Assembly (NCBI GenBank): GCA_965372715.1
Contig: CBDVDH010000042.1
Location: 1 to 34,342 of the forward strand
DNA from: an uncultured bacterium
Lineage (GTDB): Bacteria; B130-G9
Length of the DNA stretch: 34,342 nt
Direction: 5' to 3'
A program made the position numbers and the translations under genes. Below the pieces are notes generated by a model. That model had not been told where the DNA came from. It saw nothing but the letters and a program-made list of their open reading frames with translations, and ran no database searches. This document shows positions 1-8,573 of the stretch, one piece after another; within the stretch, counting starts at the first letter, position 1, and every line of letters starts with the position of its first letter.

Positions 1-176
1 CCCGCCTACATGAATCCCTGCGGATACGAGGCATCTTATGCGACCATCAATTCGACAGGGCGGGTCTGAGACCACGCCCCTACACAACCGCAACGACTTA
101 TGTCCCAGCCTCGGAAAGCCCGCCCTTGATACGTTCGGTTACATTGGAGAAGGGCGGGACAAGCACCGCCCCTACA
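1..176. repeat. Cluster of GTAG-type REP-like palindromes (...CCTACA ends; copies 1-10 partial, 58-84, 152-176)
   Basis: GGGCGGGTCTGAGACCACGCCCCTACA and GGGCGGGACAAGCACCGCCCCTACA are hairpins ending in CTACA (reverse complement of TGTAG); related copies at 2258, 2339, 2761, 3990, 4041, 13839. Confidence 0.8.
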
Positions 177-221
177 GGACATCTGTGTCAACAACGCATC
201 GCAACCGGAGATTGAATCTGT

Positions 222-2225
222 TTATCCATCCAGCTCGGCAAGCGAGTCGCGAAGGTCATTCTCCCGTTTGGAGAAGCTTTCCCACTTCTCGTAGAGCCTC
301 GGGAGCCTCTTGCTCAGCTTACGCCTCTCTAGTCTGAGGTCTCGGAACTTCGGCCCCAGCCGGTCATCTTCCGACTCAGGCAACTGCCGCTGAAGCTCCA
401 CTATCCGCGCCTCGGCGGCCGCAACCTCCTTCTCAAGCGACTCGGCCTGCGATTTCACGTTCTCTAGCTCCTTCAAGAGCCTGATCCGCTCACGATTGAG
501 CTGCTGCCGCAGTCTCTTGCCCTCGCGGCTTTGCGGGTGAAGCGCATTTTCTTTGGATTGAGGTCTGGATGGTTCTCTCTGTGAACGGTCTCGTTTGTCA
601 GTCGCTGCCGCCCTGGGCTCGTAATGCTCCTTCTTGTAAAGGTAGTCATCGTAGTTCCCCAGATATGGCGTGATGACGCCGTCTTTCACTTCAAGCATCT
701 TCGTTGCGACGTTGTTCATCAATCGCCTGTCGTGCGAAACAAGAAGGACAGTGCCTGGGAACCGCTGGAGCGCATCCTCGAATATCTGTTTGGCCGTGAT
801 GTCGAGATGATTTGTTGGCTCGTCGAGCACCAGCAAGTTCGCACGGCTAAACATCATCTTGGCCAGGACGAGACGTGCCTTCTCGCCGCCGCTGAGGACC
901 TTCGCCTTCTTGATAACATCGTCGCCCGAGAAGAGGAAGTTGCCGAGAATCCCCCTCAGTCGCGGGACCATGTCGATCGGCGAGACCGATTCCATCTCCT
1001 CCAGCACCGTGTTCTCCGGAGATAGGCCCGTATCTTGGTCCTGCGAGAAATACTCCAGCTTGATGTTGTAGCCCAGCTTGATCTCACCACTATTGGCCGG
1101 TTCCACCCCAGCGATCATCTTCAGAAGCGTAGTCTTGCCAGCTCCGTTCACGCCTACCAGACAGATTCGTCCGCGGCGATAGACCGTTAGGTCCAAACCA
1201 TCAAAGACGCTGTGGTCGCCATAGGCCTTCTTGATGCCGGTGAGACGCACAACCTCCTTGCCTCCGCGTTCGGGTTGAGGAAAGTCGAATCTGAGCTTCT
1301 TGGTCTCCGGTGGGAGTTCAATCCGCTCGAGTTTTTCGAGGTATTTGATCCTGCCCTGGACGGATTTGGCCTTGCTGGCCTTATATCTGAACCTGTCAAT
1401 GAACGCCTGCACGTGGGCGATGTGCTCCTGCTGATGTCTGTGCCGTTTGAGCAGGAGCTCCCGACGCTCAACCCTCTCTTTCTCATATTTCGTGTAGCCG
1501 CCTTTGTAGTGCTCCAGTTTCCCGAAGCCGACCTCAACGAGGCGCGTAACCATCTTGTCGAGGAAATACCTATCGTGCGAGACAAGCACCACAATGCCTT
1601 CGTACTCAATGAGGTGTTGCTCCAGCCACAGCCGAGCTTCGAGGTCAAGGTAGTTCGTCGGCTCGTCGAGAAGCAGCACATCAGGCTCCTCGAGCAGGAT
1701 CTTCGCCAGCGCAATCCGCATCTGCCAGCCACCGCTGAACTCGGATGAGTTCCGCTCAAAATCGCTCTTTGCAAAGCCAAGCCCGAGAAGAACAGAACCC
1801 GCCTTGGCCTCGATCTCAAACCCGTCGAGCTGCTCGAACCTGTGCTGACAGAAGCTATACCGCTGCAGGAGCGGATCGTCGTCGGTCGCCGCCTTACCTT
1901 TCGCCGCTATCTCGCGCTCCAGCCGGGACATCTCCCGCTCGAGCTCAATGACATCAGCGAAGACCTGCATCGCCTCGTCCCACACAGAGAGCTCCAGCGC
2001 CTCGTATATCTCCTGTGGCAGGTAACCGAACGTGCAGCTTCTGGGCGCCTCGACGTTGCCTGCGTCCGGCTCTTGCAGGCCTGCGATAACCTTCAGAAGC
2101 GTCGTTTTGCCCGAACCGTTCGCGCCGACCACGCCGACACGCTCGCCGTCCGAGACGTGCCACGACACATTATCCAGAATCTTTCGCCCAACGAACTTGA
2201 GCGATATGTTATTCAATGCAAACAT
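222..2225 (-). CDS. ABC-F family ATPase (YheS/Uup-like translation factor)
   Basis: 667 aa; two ABC domains (GANGSGKT, FSGGW, LLLDEPTN; GVNGAGKT, LSGGE, LVLDEPTNHLD), IDRFRYKASKA linker, no TM segments, C-terminal coiled coil. Confidence 0.95.
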   Translation of the reverse strand: MFALNNISLKFVGRKILDNVSWHVSDGERVGVVGANGSGKTTLLKVIAGLQEPDAGNVEAPRSCTFGYLPQEIYEALELSVWDEAMQVFADVIELEREMSRLEREIAAKGKAATDDDPLLQRYSFCQHRFEQLDGFEIEAKAGSVLLGLGFAKSDFERNSSEFSGGWQMRIALAKILLEEPDVLLLDEPTNYLDLEARLWLEQHLIEYEGIVVLVSHDRYFLDKMVTRLVEVGFGKLEHYKGGYTKYEKERVERRELLLKRHRHQQEHIAHVQAFIDRFRYKASKAKSVQGRIKYLEKLERIELPPETKKLRFDFPQPERGGKEVVRLTGIKKAYGDHSVFDGLDLTVYRRGRICLVGVNGAGKTTLLKMIAGVEPANSGEIKLGYNIKLEYFSQDQDTGLSPENTVLEEMESVSPIDMVPRLRGILGNFLFSGDDVIKKAKVLSGGEKARLVLAKMMFSRANLLVLDEPTNHLDITAKQIFEDALQRFPGTVLLVSHDRRLMNNVATKMLEVKDGVITPYLGNYDDYLYKKEHYEPRAAATDKRDRSQREPSRPQSKENALHPQSREGKRLRQQLNRERIRLLKELENVKSQAESLEKEVAAAEARIVELQRQLPESEDDRLGPKFRDLRLERRKLSKRLPRLYEKWESFSKRENDLRDSLAELDG

Positions 2226-2257
2226 GGTGATTCAGTTGGCCGTTGACGGCATTGGTT

Positions 2258-2359
2258 TGTAGGGGCGGTGTCTCAGACCCGCCCGTTCTGATTGATCTGT
2301 CATATCGAGGAGGTCGCTTTTGCAGGATTGGTATAGGCGGGCGGGTCTGAGACCTAACA
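2258..2359. repeat. Inverted pair of GTAG-type REP-like elements (REPIN-like)
   Basis: TGTAGGGGCGGTGTCTCAGACCCGCCC (2258-2284) faces GGGCGGGTCTGAGACC-TAACA (2339-2359). Confidence 0.8.
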
Positions 2360-2393
2360 ATTGTACGCATGTTCTGGCGGCATGTTTCTCTAA

Positions 2394-2617
2394 ATCACCG
2401 CGTTTCAACGCGGCGATATGAATGGTTCTTATCATATTAACACCCGACTTCAGTCGGGTGACCTCTGCACGCCGAAGAACCTCCTCCTCCCTCCAAAGAA
2501 GCCTCTCTTGAAGAGGATGTAGGGGGGGCGGCGGCCTCCGCTTCAGGCCCCCGAATGAATTCGGGGGTTAGAATAATGATAGCCGTTTGCATCGTCTCGG
2601 CTGAAGCCGGGCGATGA
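2394..2617. repeat. Nested inverted palindromic repeats (second REP-like family, TTCA-loop hairpins)
   Basis: ATCACCGCGTTTCAACGCGGCGAT (2394-2417); TAACACCCGACTTCAGTCGGGTG (2438-2460); CCCCCGAATGAATTCGGGGGTTA (about 2548-2570); CTCGGCTGAAGCCGGGCGATGA (about 2596-2617). Confidence 0.7.
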
Positions 2618-2782
2618 CGTGCCGGATGTGTGCTCCGCACGACAGAATCCAAACCTACGCATTTCGTACCTCCTTACTGCCGTTATTCCCCTTTGGAGAA
2701 CGCGATTTATAGAACCCAATAAACAGCCCTCACGAACCCAAAATATGCGTATAATTGTCAGTTCTGAGACCGCGCCCCTACA

Positions 2783-3865
2783 CTACCCGTTGCGTTCATG
2801 CCCTGCTTCAGCCATCCCTGACTTTGGACTTTCGACCTTCGACTTCTGACGAACGAGTTGGCCGCAGGCGGCCGCGATATCGCTGCCCTTAGAATGCCTG
2901 ATAGTAACCTTCACGCCCGATTTTTCAAGTATTGAGAGAAAGCGAGCCACGTTGCCAGCGGACGGCGCCGAGAAGTCTGAATTAGGCGTCTGGTTAAACG
3001 GGATCAGATTCACCTTGCAGCGGACACTTTTGAGCAGCGCGGCGAGCGCCTTTGCGTGGCTCGCCTCTGAGTTGAGGCGGTCAAAGAGCACATATTCAAA
3101 CGTCGGGAGCCGCCCAGTCGCCCTGAAATACTCCTCAGCCGCCTCGATTAGTCCCGCGACGGGAAACGCCTTGTTAGACGGAACGATCTGCTCCCGAATC
3201 GCATCGTTCGGCGCGTGAAGCGAAAAGGAAAGACCTACCTGCGGCGTTTGCTCGACGACCTCATTCACAGTGTTCGGGACGCCGATTGTTGATATCGTGA
3301 TCCGTCTCCAGCCGATGTTGAGGCCAAGCTCGCAGTTCATCATCTTGACCGCCTCGATCATGTTCTTCAGATTGTCAAGCGGCTCGCCCATCCCCATCAG
3401 GACGATGTGTGAGATGCGCCTCGTCGCGGTAGCTCTTTCCGCCAGAAGCACCTGGGCGAGCATCTCGCCCGACGATAGATTCCTAGTGAAGCCGTTTGCG
3501 CCGCTCGCGCAGAACCGGCAGCCGAACTTGCAGCCAACCTGCGTCGAGACGCACAGCGTGAGCCTATTCTCGGTGGGGATCAGGACCGATTCAACCAGGT
3601 CCCCGTCGTGGAGCTCTATGAGATGCTTCGAGGTGCCGTCGGTCTTCGATTTGAGTACCTCGATGACCTTCGGCCTGCATATCTCGAACTCCGCTCCGAG
3701 TCGCTCCCGCATCGCCGCCGGCAGGTTAGTCATTTGCCCAAACTGCGTTACCAACCTCGAATAAACCCACTCGAAGACTTGCCTGCTCCTGTATCGCGGC
3801 TCCCCCCAGTCGAGAAGCAGCGTGTCCAGCTCCTGGAGCGAAAGGTCAAGTATGTCGTTCTTCAA
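2783..3865 (-). CDS. rlmN: Dual-specificity 23S rRNA/tRNA m2A methyltransferase RlmN
   Basis: Radical SAM motif CVSTQVGCKFGCRFC, MGMGEPL, SLHAP, C-terminal DIAAACGQL; TTG start with GGAGG RBS. Confidence 0.96.
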   Translation of the reverse strand: MKNDILDLSLQELDTLLLDWGEPRYRSRQVFEWVYSRLVTQFGQMTNLPAAMRERLGAEFEICRPKVIEVLKSKTDGTSKHLIELHDGDLVESVLIPTENRLTLCVSTQVGCKFGCRFCASGANGFTRNLSSGEMLAQVLLAERATATRRISHIVLMGMGEPLDNLKNMIEAVKMMNCELGLNIGWRRITISTIGVPNTVNEVVEQTPQVGLSFSLHAPNDAIREQIVPSNKAFPVAGLIEAAEEYFRATGRLPTFEYVLFDRLNSEASHAKALAALLKSVRCKVNLIPFNQTPNSDFSAPSAGNVARFLSILEKSGVKVTIRHSKGSDIAAACGQLVRQKSKVESPKSGMAEAGHERNG

Positions 3866-3942
3866 TAGTGAGCCTCCATGTATTTGAAACCTCCGTCAGG
3901 ATACGCGGGCACGTCAGTGCGGTCAAATCAGTCGGGTGTGGT

Positions 3943-3974
3943 GGGTCAATAGGTCAAAGGGTCAATGGGTCAAT
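3943..3974. repeat. Octamer tandem repeat (RGGTCAAW)x4
   Basis: gggtcaat aggtcaaa gggtcaat gggtcaat; the same motif recurs at 14103. Confidence 0.85.
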
Positions 3975-3989
3975 GAGGAGGTGGGGCAC

Positions 3990-4067
3990 GTAGGGCAGGT
4001 CACCGCGCTTGCCCTAGTCTGATCAGAGATCCGACCCATTAAGGGCGATTCGTGAATCGCCCCTACA
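3990..4067. repeat. Inverted pair of GTAG-type REP-like hairpins
   Basis: GTAGGGCAGGTCACCGCGCTTGCCCT (3990-4015) and AAGGGCGATTCGTGAATCGCCCCTACA (4041-4067). Confidence 0.8.
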
Positions 4068-4302
4068 AAATGCCAAAGCCTTTGTCCGAGCGCTGCAACG
4101 TTGGCGTGCGACCGAGGCGCCGATACAGTTCTTCGTTTTTCTTTAAGACGTATTCGGCAGCCTCCAGGAAATCCTCTTTGGAATGGTCGAGTGCGTCTGA
4201 CAGCGCCGCACTGGCAAGCTCCTCCAGTGTGACCCCGATCCGTCTAGCGGTCTCACGAAGCGTTGTCGCTCGCTCCTCGGACAGCTCTACTGTAACCTTC
4301 AT
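4063..4302 (-). CDS. Small DNA-binding (RHH/CopG-like) putative antitoxin, type usually paired with Fic/Doc toxins
   Basis: ATG at 4302 with GGGGAG RBS; MKVTVELSEERATTLRETARRIGVTLEELA...DFLEAAEYVLKKNEELYRRL resembles this family as recalled. Confidence 0.7.
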   Translation of the reverse strand: MKVTVELSEERATTLRETARRIGVTLEELASAALSDALDHSKEDFLEAAEYVLKKNEELYRRLGRTPTLQRSDKGFGIL

Positions 4303-4550
4303 CGTTTCTCCCCGCGTTTCCAATACAGCATGTGCAACTAAGTATCTGTAAACACCGACCATTCTAGATAACGCCGGCGTATTGGTCAATCACGTTGTGC
4401 ACCAACTCGACCCATTCGCCGTAACGCGCCTCTTTACTTGGTGGCGCTATTTTGAAAGAATGGCTGTCCGGCCTGTCCGGCGGGATAGCTGGTTCGGTTG
4501 TTTATTAGTTAGCGGCTTTAGCTTGGAGGTTTTGAGTTTTTGATAAGGAC

Positions 4551-7337
4551 GTGGTTATGAAGAGTTCTGGTTTCGTTATTGCATTTGGCTTGCTGATGAT
4601 ATGCGCCGCCTGTCCGGTCTTGGCCCAGGAGATAAGGGTTCGGCTTGAGTTCCCTCAGGACTCGGTAACAGTGTCGAAGATGGGGGAATACGACGTTGTG
4701 AGCGTGGAGGGGTGCGAGCTCTTCGGGGCGCCGGGCGAGCCGCTTCTGCCCACGAAGGCGGTCTATGTCTCGCTGCCGCCGGGCTTCGAGATGACCGGCG
4801 TTCGCATCTCGGACAACAGTCAGATTCAATTGCCGGGCACGTTCAATATCGCTCCTGCCCAACCCGTCCAGCCTCTTTCTCAACCCGACTCTTGTGATTT
4901 CGTCCCTCCCGAGCCCAGCGCCTACTCGCTATCCGAGGCGCAGCCGGCCGAGCAGCTCATATCAACGGGCGCCGGCTCGCTGCGCGGCTTTCGTGTGCTG
5001 GGGCTGATCGTCTATCCGGTGCAGTATGTCGCGGCCGAGAAGCGTCTGCTTCTTAGCACGGAGATGACGATTGAGGTTACCGGCGAACAGCTTCCGCTTT
5101 CTCTGGACACGCCGCCCGAGAGCACGCTGGCAGGCGACGTCGCAGCGAAATCGCTGGTCAGTTCGTTGGTCGAGAACCCCGACGGCGTGATGCAGGAGCC
5201 GAGCGCAACGCCGCTTTACTGGCGGGACAAGTGCGACGTTCTGATCGTCACTCAGGTTTATTTCGTATCTTCCTTCGATGATCTGCGAGATTGGTACTAC
5301 AGGAAAGGCTACAGGACCGAAATCGTTACTATCGACACTATCGAGAGCGAGTACTCCGGTAGGGACCTGCCGGCGAAAATCCGCAATTGCATCAAGGACT
5401 ACTACATCAATCAGGGCTTGGGCTGGGTGATTCTCGGCGGCGACGCTCGCGAGGTCCCCACGCGCAGGGGCTTTGCGTTTGTTGTCGGGGAAGAATACGA
5501 CCTCGAGGACTATCAGCAATGCGACTTCTATTACTCCGATTTGGACGGCAGCTGGAACGCGGATAGCGATGAATACTGGGGAGAATACATCGAGGACGAC
5601 ATCGATATGTATCCCGACGTCTTCGTTGGTCGCGTGCCCGCATCGTCGCTCAGCAACGCTCGCCTGCTGGTGCAGAAGGTCTTGACGTATGAGGGGTCAG
5701 GCGGTGAGGCGATCCCGACGGACTATCTGACGAGGGCGCTTTTCTGGGCGTGCAAGTTGGACAATAGGCCGACGTGGGGCGGCGACGCGAAGGACAGCAT
5801 TACCGAGGCGACGATTTTCCCTGGGTATTGGACTTTCAAGACCTGCTATGACCGCGACGGAACGTCGGGCAAGGACAACATACTCGACGCCATGGACGAG
5901 GGGTACGCCATCATAAACAACTGCGGCCACAGCACCTATAACGCCGCAAGCGCGCTCTACGATGTTCCCCAAGAGGATAAGGAATACATAATGCGCAACG
6001 ACCTGACGAAGCTCAGGAACGAGCCTCGTTATTCGGTGCTATACTCGATTGGCTGCATGTTTGGGGCACTGGATTCGGATAGCCTGGCGGAGCGGTTTAT
6101 GTTAGCCGCAAGGGGAGGCGGGGTCGCCGCGATTGCGAACAGCCGTTATGGATGGTATTCGTCCGGATGGGCGGGCAGCGGTCCCTCCGATCGGATGGAC
6201 CGCGAGTTCTTCGACGCTCTCTTCAAGGGCCGCAACTACAACGTAGGCGAGGCGCTTGCAGAGAGCAAGGTGCGCTACATCGCGTATTCCAAGCGTGCTA
6301 TGAAGGGGTGGTATGGGTGCTTCAGGTGGATAACGTATGGGATGAACCTCCTCGGCTCGCCGGTCACGCCGGTGTGGACTGCCACGCCATCGACAATGGT
6401 CGTCGATTATGATCCGGTTTTCAGGTTAAACAGGGACGATTTCTTCGCGACTGTGACCGATAGGGAGGGCGCCCCGATATCAGGCGCGCTTGTGTGCCTG
6501 ACGGACGGGAACGGTTGGCTCGCTCGTGGGACCACGGACGAATTCGGGGAGGTCACAGTTGACGCGCCGCACGTCGAGTCAGAACGCAATCTCGACCTTA
6601 CCGTAACCGCTCAGAACTTCCTGCCCCGCACACGCGTCGTCATAGGGGTTCTCAACACAGACCTCGAGCTAGAAGACGGGGAGGTTGTCCCACGATATGG
6701 ACGGCCGGGGGACACGTTCACGTTCCGGGTGCACTACTATGACGAGGACGGCGACGCCCCATTCGTGATAAAGGCGAAAGTCGCGGGTCAGTATTTCCAC
6801 CTGTCGCTGCTCGAAGGCGAACCGGCGGACGGGACGTATGGGGTAGAGCTTCTCGTTGGGACCGGCGATTGCCCGGGTGACGAGTTCCACTTCTTTGCTG
6901 TGGATGGCCGGGGCTCTTTCAGAAGATACCCGCCCACCGGCGAGCTCTACGGCCCCGGCATCGATGACGTCCCACCCACATCGCGTGTCCGCTCGCCCAG
7001 GTATTCCACGAGCGCCACCATCGCCGTGACCTATTCTGCCGAGGATGACTGCGCGGGCGTCGATGAGGTGGCGCTTTGGTTCCGTGTGGACAGGGGCGCA
7101 TGGAAGTTTTCGGGGCTATCGGGACAGGGATCGAGCGGGACGATCGACTTCATTGCCTCGGTCGAGGGGACCTACGACTTCTTCAGCCTAGCGACTGACA
7201 ACGCCGGTAATGAACAAACTCGCATCGCCCGCACTGACACGACGTGCATCTATGATGCAACCCCTCCGAACTCGGCCGCGAGGTGTGTGTCCCTTCGCGT
7301 GGGCCCGGACTCGTGTGTTCGCCCTCGATCTGATTGA
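4551..7337 (+). CDS. Secreted peptidase family C25 (gingipain-like) with propeptide and Ig-like C-terminal domains; C-terminus probably truncated
   Basis: Signal peptide; propeptide GAPGEPLLP; VILGGD, DFYYSDLDG, PDVFVGRVP, catalytic His (NNCGHS) and Cys (SIGC), MNLLGSP; C-terminal DDVPPTS/DATPPNS repeats. Confidence 0.9.
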   Translation: MVMKSSGFVIAFGLLMICAACPVLAQEIRVRLEFPQDSVTVSKMGEYDVVSVEGCELFGAPGEPLLPTKAVYVSLPPGFEMTGVRISDNSQIQLPGTFNIAPAQPVQPLSQPDSCDFVPPEPSAYSLSEAQPAEQLISTGAGSLRGFRVLGLIVYPVQYVAAEKRLLLSTEMTIEVTGEQLPLSLDTPPESTLAGDVAAKSLVSSLVENPDGVMQEPSATPLYWRDKCDVLIVTQVYFVSSFDDLRDWYYRKGYRTEIVTIDTIESEYSGRDLPAKIRNCIKDYYINQGLGWVILGGDAREVPTRRGFAFVVGEEYDLEDYQQCDFYYSDLDGSWNADSDEYWGEYIEDDIDMYPDVFVGRVPASSLSNARLLVQKVLTYEGSGGEAIPTDYLTRALFWACKLDNRPTWGGDAKDSITEATIFPGYWTFKTCYDRDGTSGKDNILDAMDEGYAIINNCGHSTYNAASALYDVPQEDKEYIMRNDLTKLRNEPRYSVLYSIGCMFGALDSDSLAERFMLAARGGGVAAIANSRYGWYSSGWAGSGPSDRMDREFFDALFKGRNYNVGEALAESKVRYIAYSKRAMKGWYGCFRWITYGMNLLGSPVTPVWTATPSTMVVDYDPVFRLNRDDFFATVTDREGAPISGALVCLTDGNGWLARGTTDEFGEVTVDAPHVESERNLDLTVTAQNFLPRTRVVIGVLNTDLELEDGEVVPRYGRPGDTFTFRVHYYDEDGDAPFVIKAKVAGQYFHLSLLEGEPADGTYGVELLVGTGDCPGDEFHFFAVDGRGSFRRYPPTGELYGPGIDDVPPTSRVRSPRYSTSATIAVTYSAEDDCAGVDEVALWFRVDRGAWKFSGLSGQGSSGTIDFIASVEGTYDFFSLATDNAGNEQTRIARTDTTCIYDATPPNSAARCVSLRVGPDSCVRPRSD

Positions 7338-7369
7338 CACTATGGGCACACAAGGACCCTATCCCATGA

Positions 7370-8401
7370 CTGGGCTATGCACTTTACTCTCGTGAATCTA
7401 GGGATTTTCTTCATAATATCTATATGTTGTGATCATGGTGTCCGCGGATGTTTTTGGCGGGCACCGGTGCGATTGCCACGGCATTCTCAAGCAGTCTGTA
7501 GAACAACTTCCCACGGGATCTAGACGTTCGGCGGTTAAATCGAAAGGTGAACTCGTCGAGATAATAGTCAAGATGCGAGGGACGCACTGCCCCTTGGTGT
7601 GTGCCTAAGAGCCAGCGTTTCAGCAGTGTTATGACCCGATTGACCAACGGCAGTGGGTTCTCGCCCACGGCCTCTGAAACACGGATAACCTCGTGCTTAT
7701 AGCCGCATCCTTCCAATCTGCCATACCCAGACCAATCATCTGTGCGTATCCTTGAACCAGGCTCTATGACTTGCCCAATGGCATGTTCCAGACTATCCCT
7801 CGAGGCGTTCGGAACACGGCATAGGCGAATCCGACCTATTCGGTCGCCATCTTCCTGCGCTGCAACAAGGACCAACGACTTGCCTTCGGCTCCACGGCCG
7901 CACTTACCATGTCTCTTCCCGCCAATATAGGTCTCATCAACTTCCACGGTGCCAAAGAGACGATCCCGCCCCGGACGAACCATCGCACGCCGCAATTCGC
8001 CGTACGGCGAACATCCAAACCCACGCAGTATGGTAACTACCCAAGCCCAGAGCCCTTCGCAGTCCCAAAGCACTCACCCCCTGTTTCTGATCTGTCACAT
8101 ACCACATCGCACGAAACCACAAGCGCAAAGGCTTCCGGGTCCCCTCGAAGATCGTCCCGGCGGTGACAGAAATCTGCACGTCACAACGCTTGCAGCGGTA
8201 GAGACCTCGACTCGTCGCCCACGACTCCAAGCAGCCACACCGCGGACAAACGAACCCATCTGGCCACCGAATCCGAAAAAGATAAGCCGCGCACGCCTCG
8301 TCCGTGGAGAACATCTCTTCAAAATCCAGAATTGTCCCCGGATACCCTACCATACAACATATTGTATAGCCCTTTTTACGAGAGTAAAGTGCATAGCCCA
8401 G
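7370..8401 (-). mobile_element. IS1595-family insertion sequence (ISSod11-like), 1032 bp
   Basis: Perfect 24-bp terminal IRs CTGGGCTATGCACTTTACTCTCGT (7370-7393 / 8378-8401); 8-bp target duplication TCCCATGA (7362-7369 / 8402-8409). Confidence 0.95.
7420..8353 (-). pseudogene. IS1595-family DDE transposase, frameshifted at about 7996-8011
   Basis: N-part has Zn ribbon (RWPDGFVCPRCG...YRCKRC) and HTH; C-part has VEVDETYIGG, TDDW, YLDEFTFRFNRR; the frames switch at a 16-bp palindrome. Confidence 0.92.
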
Positions 8402-8573
8402 TCCCATGATTTGGTCCATTGATCGTAGGAGCGCCGCCTGAGACAGGCTCGTTCCAATTGACTACCCGATTCACAGTGTCCTATACCATTGGCTTGATCG
8501 AGGCCGTGCGGTCCAGACCACGTCCCCACACGGTACCATCGATGATGAACTGTCCAGAATCATGACGCACACG

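Noticed and set aside
1-176. Possible CRISPR array from recurring GGGCGGG...CCCCTACA units
   Set aside because: Units differ internally, spacing is irregular, copies are dispersed and inverted elsewhere, and no cas genes are present; fits REPs
7337-7370. IS directly interrupting the C25 gene
   Set aside because: The stop codon lies 32 bp before the IS and excising the IS does not extend the frame
7937-8073. Programmed frameshift in the transposase
   Set aside because: IS1595 transposases are normally single ORFs, no slippery run is present, and the palindrome explains the shift
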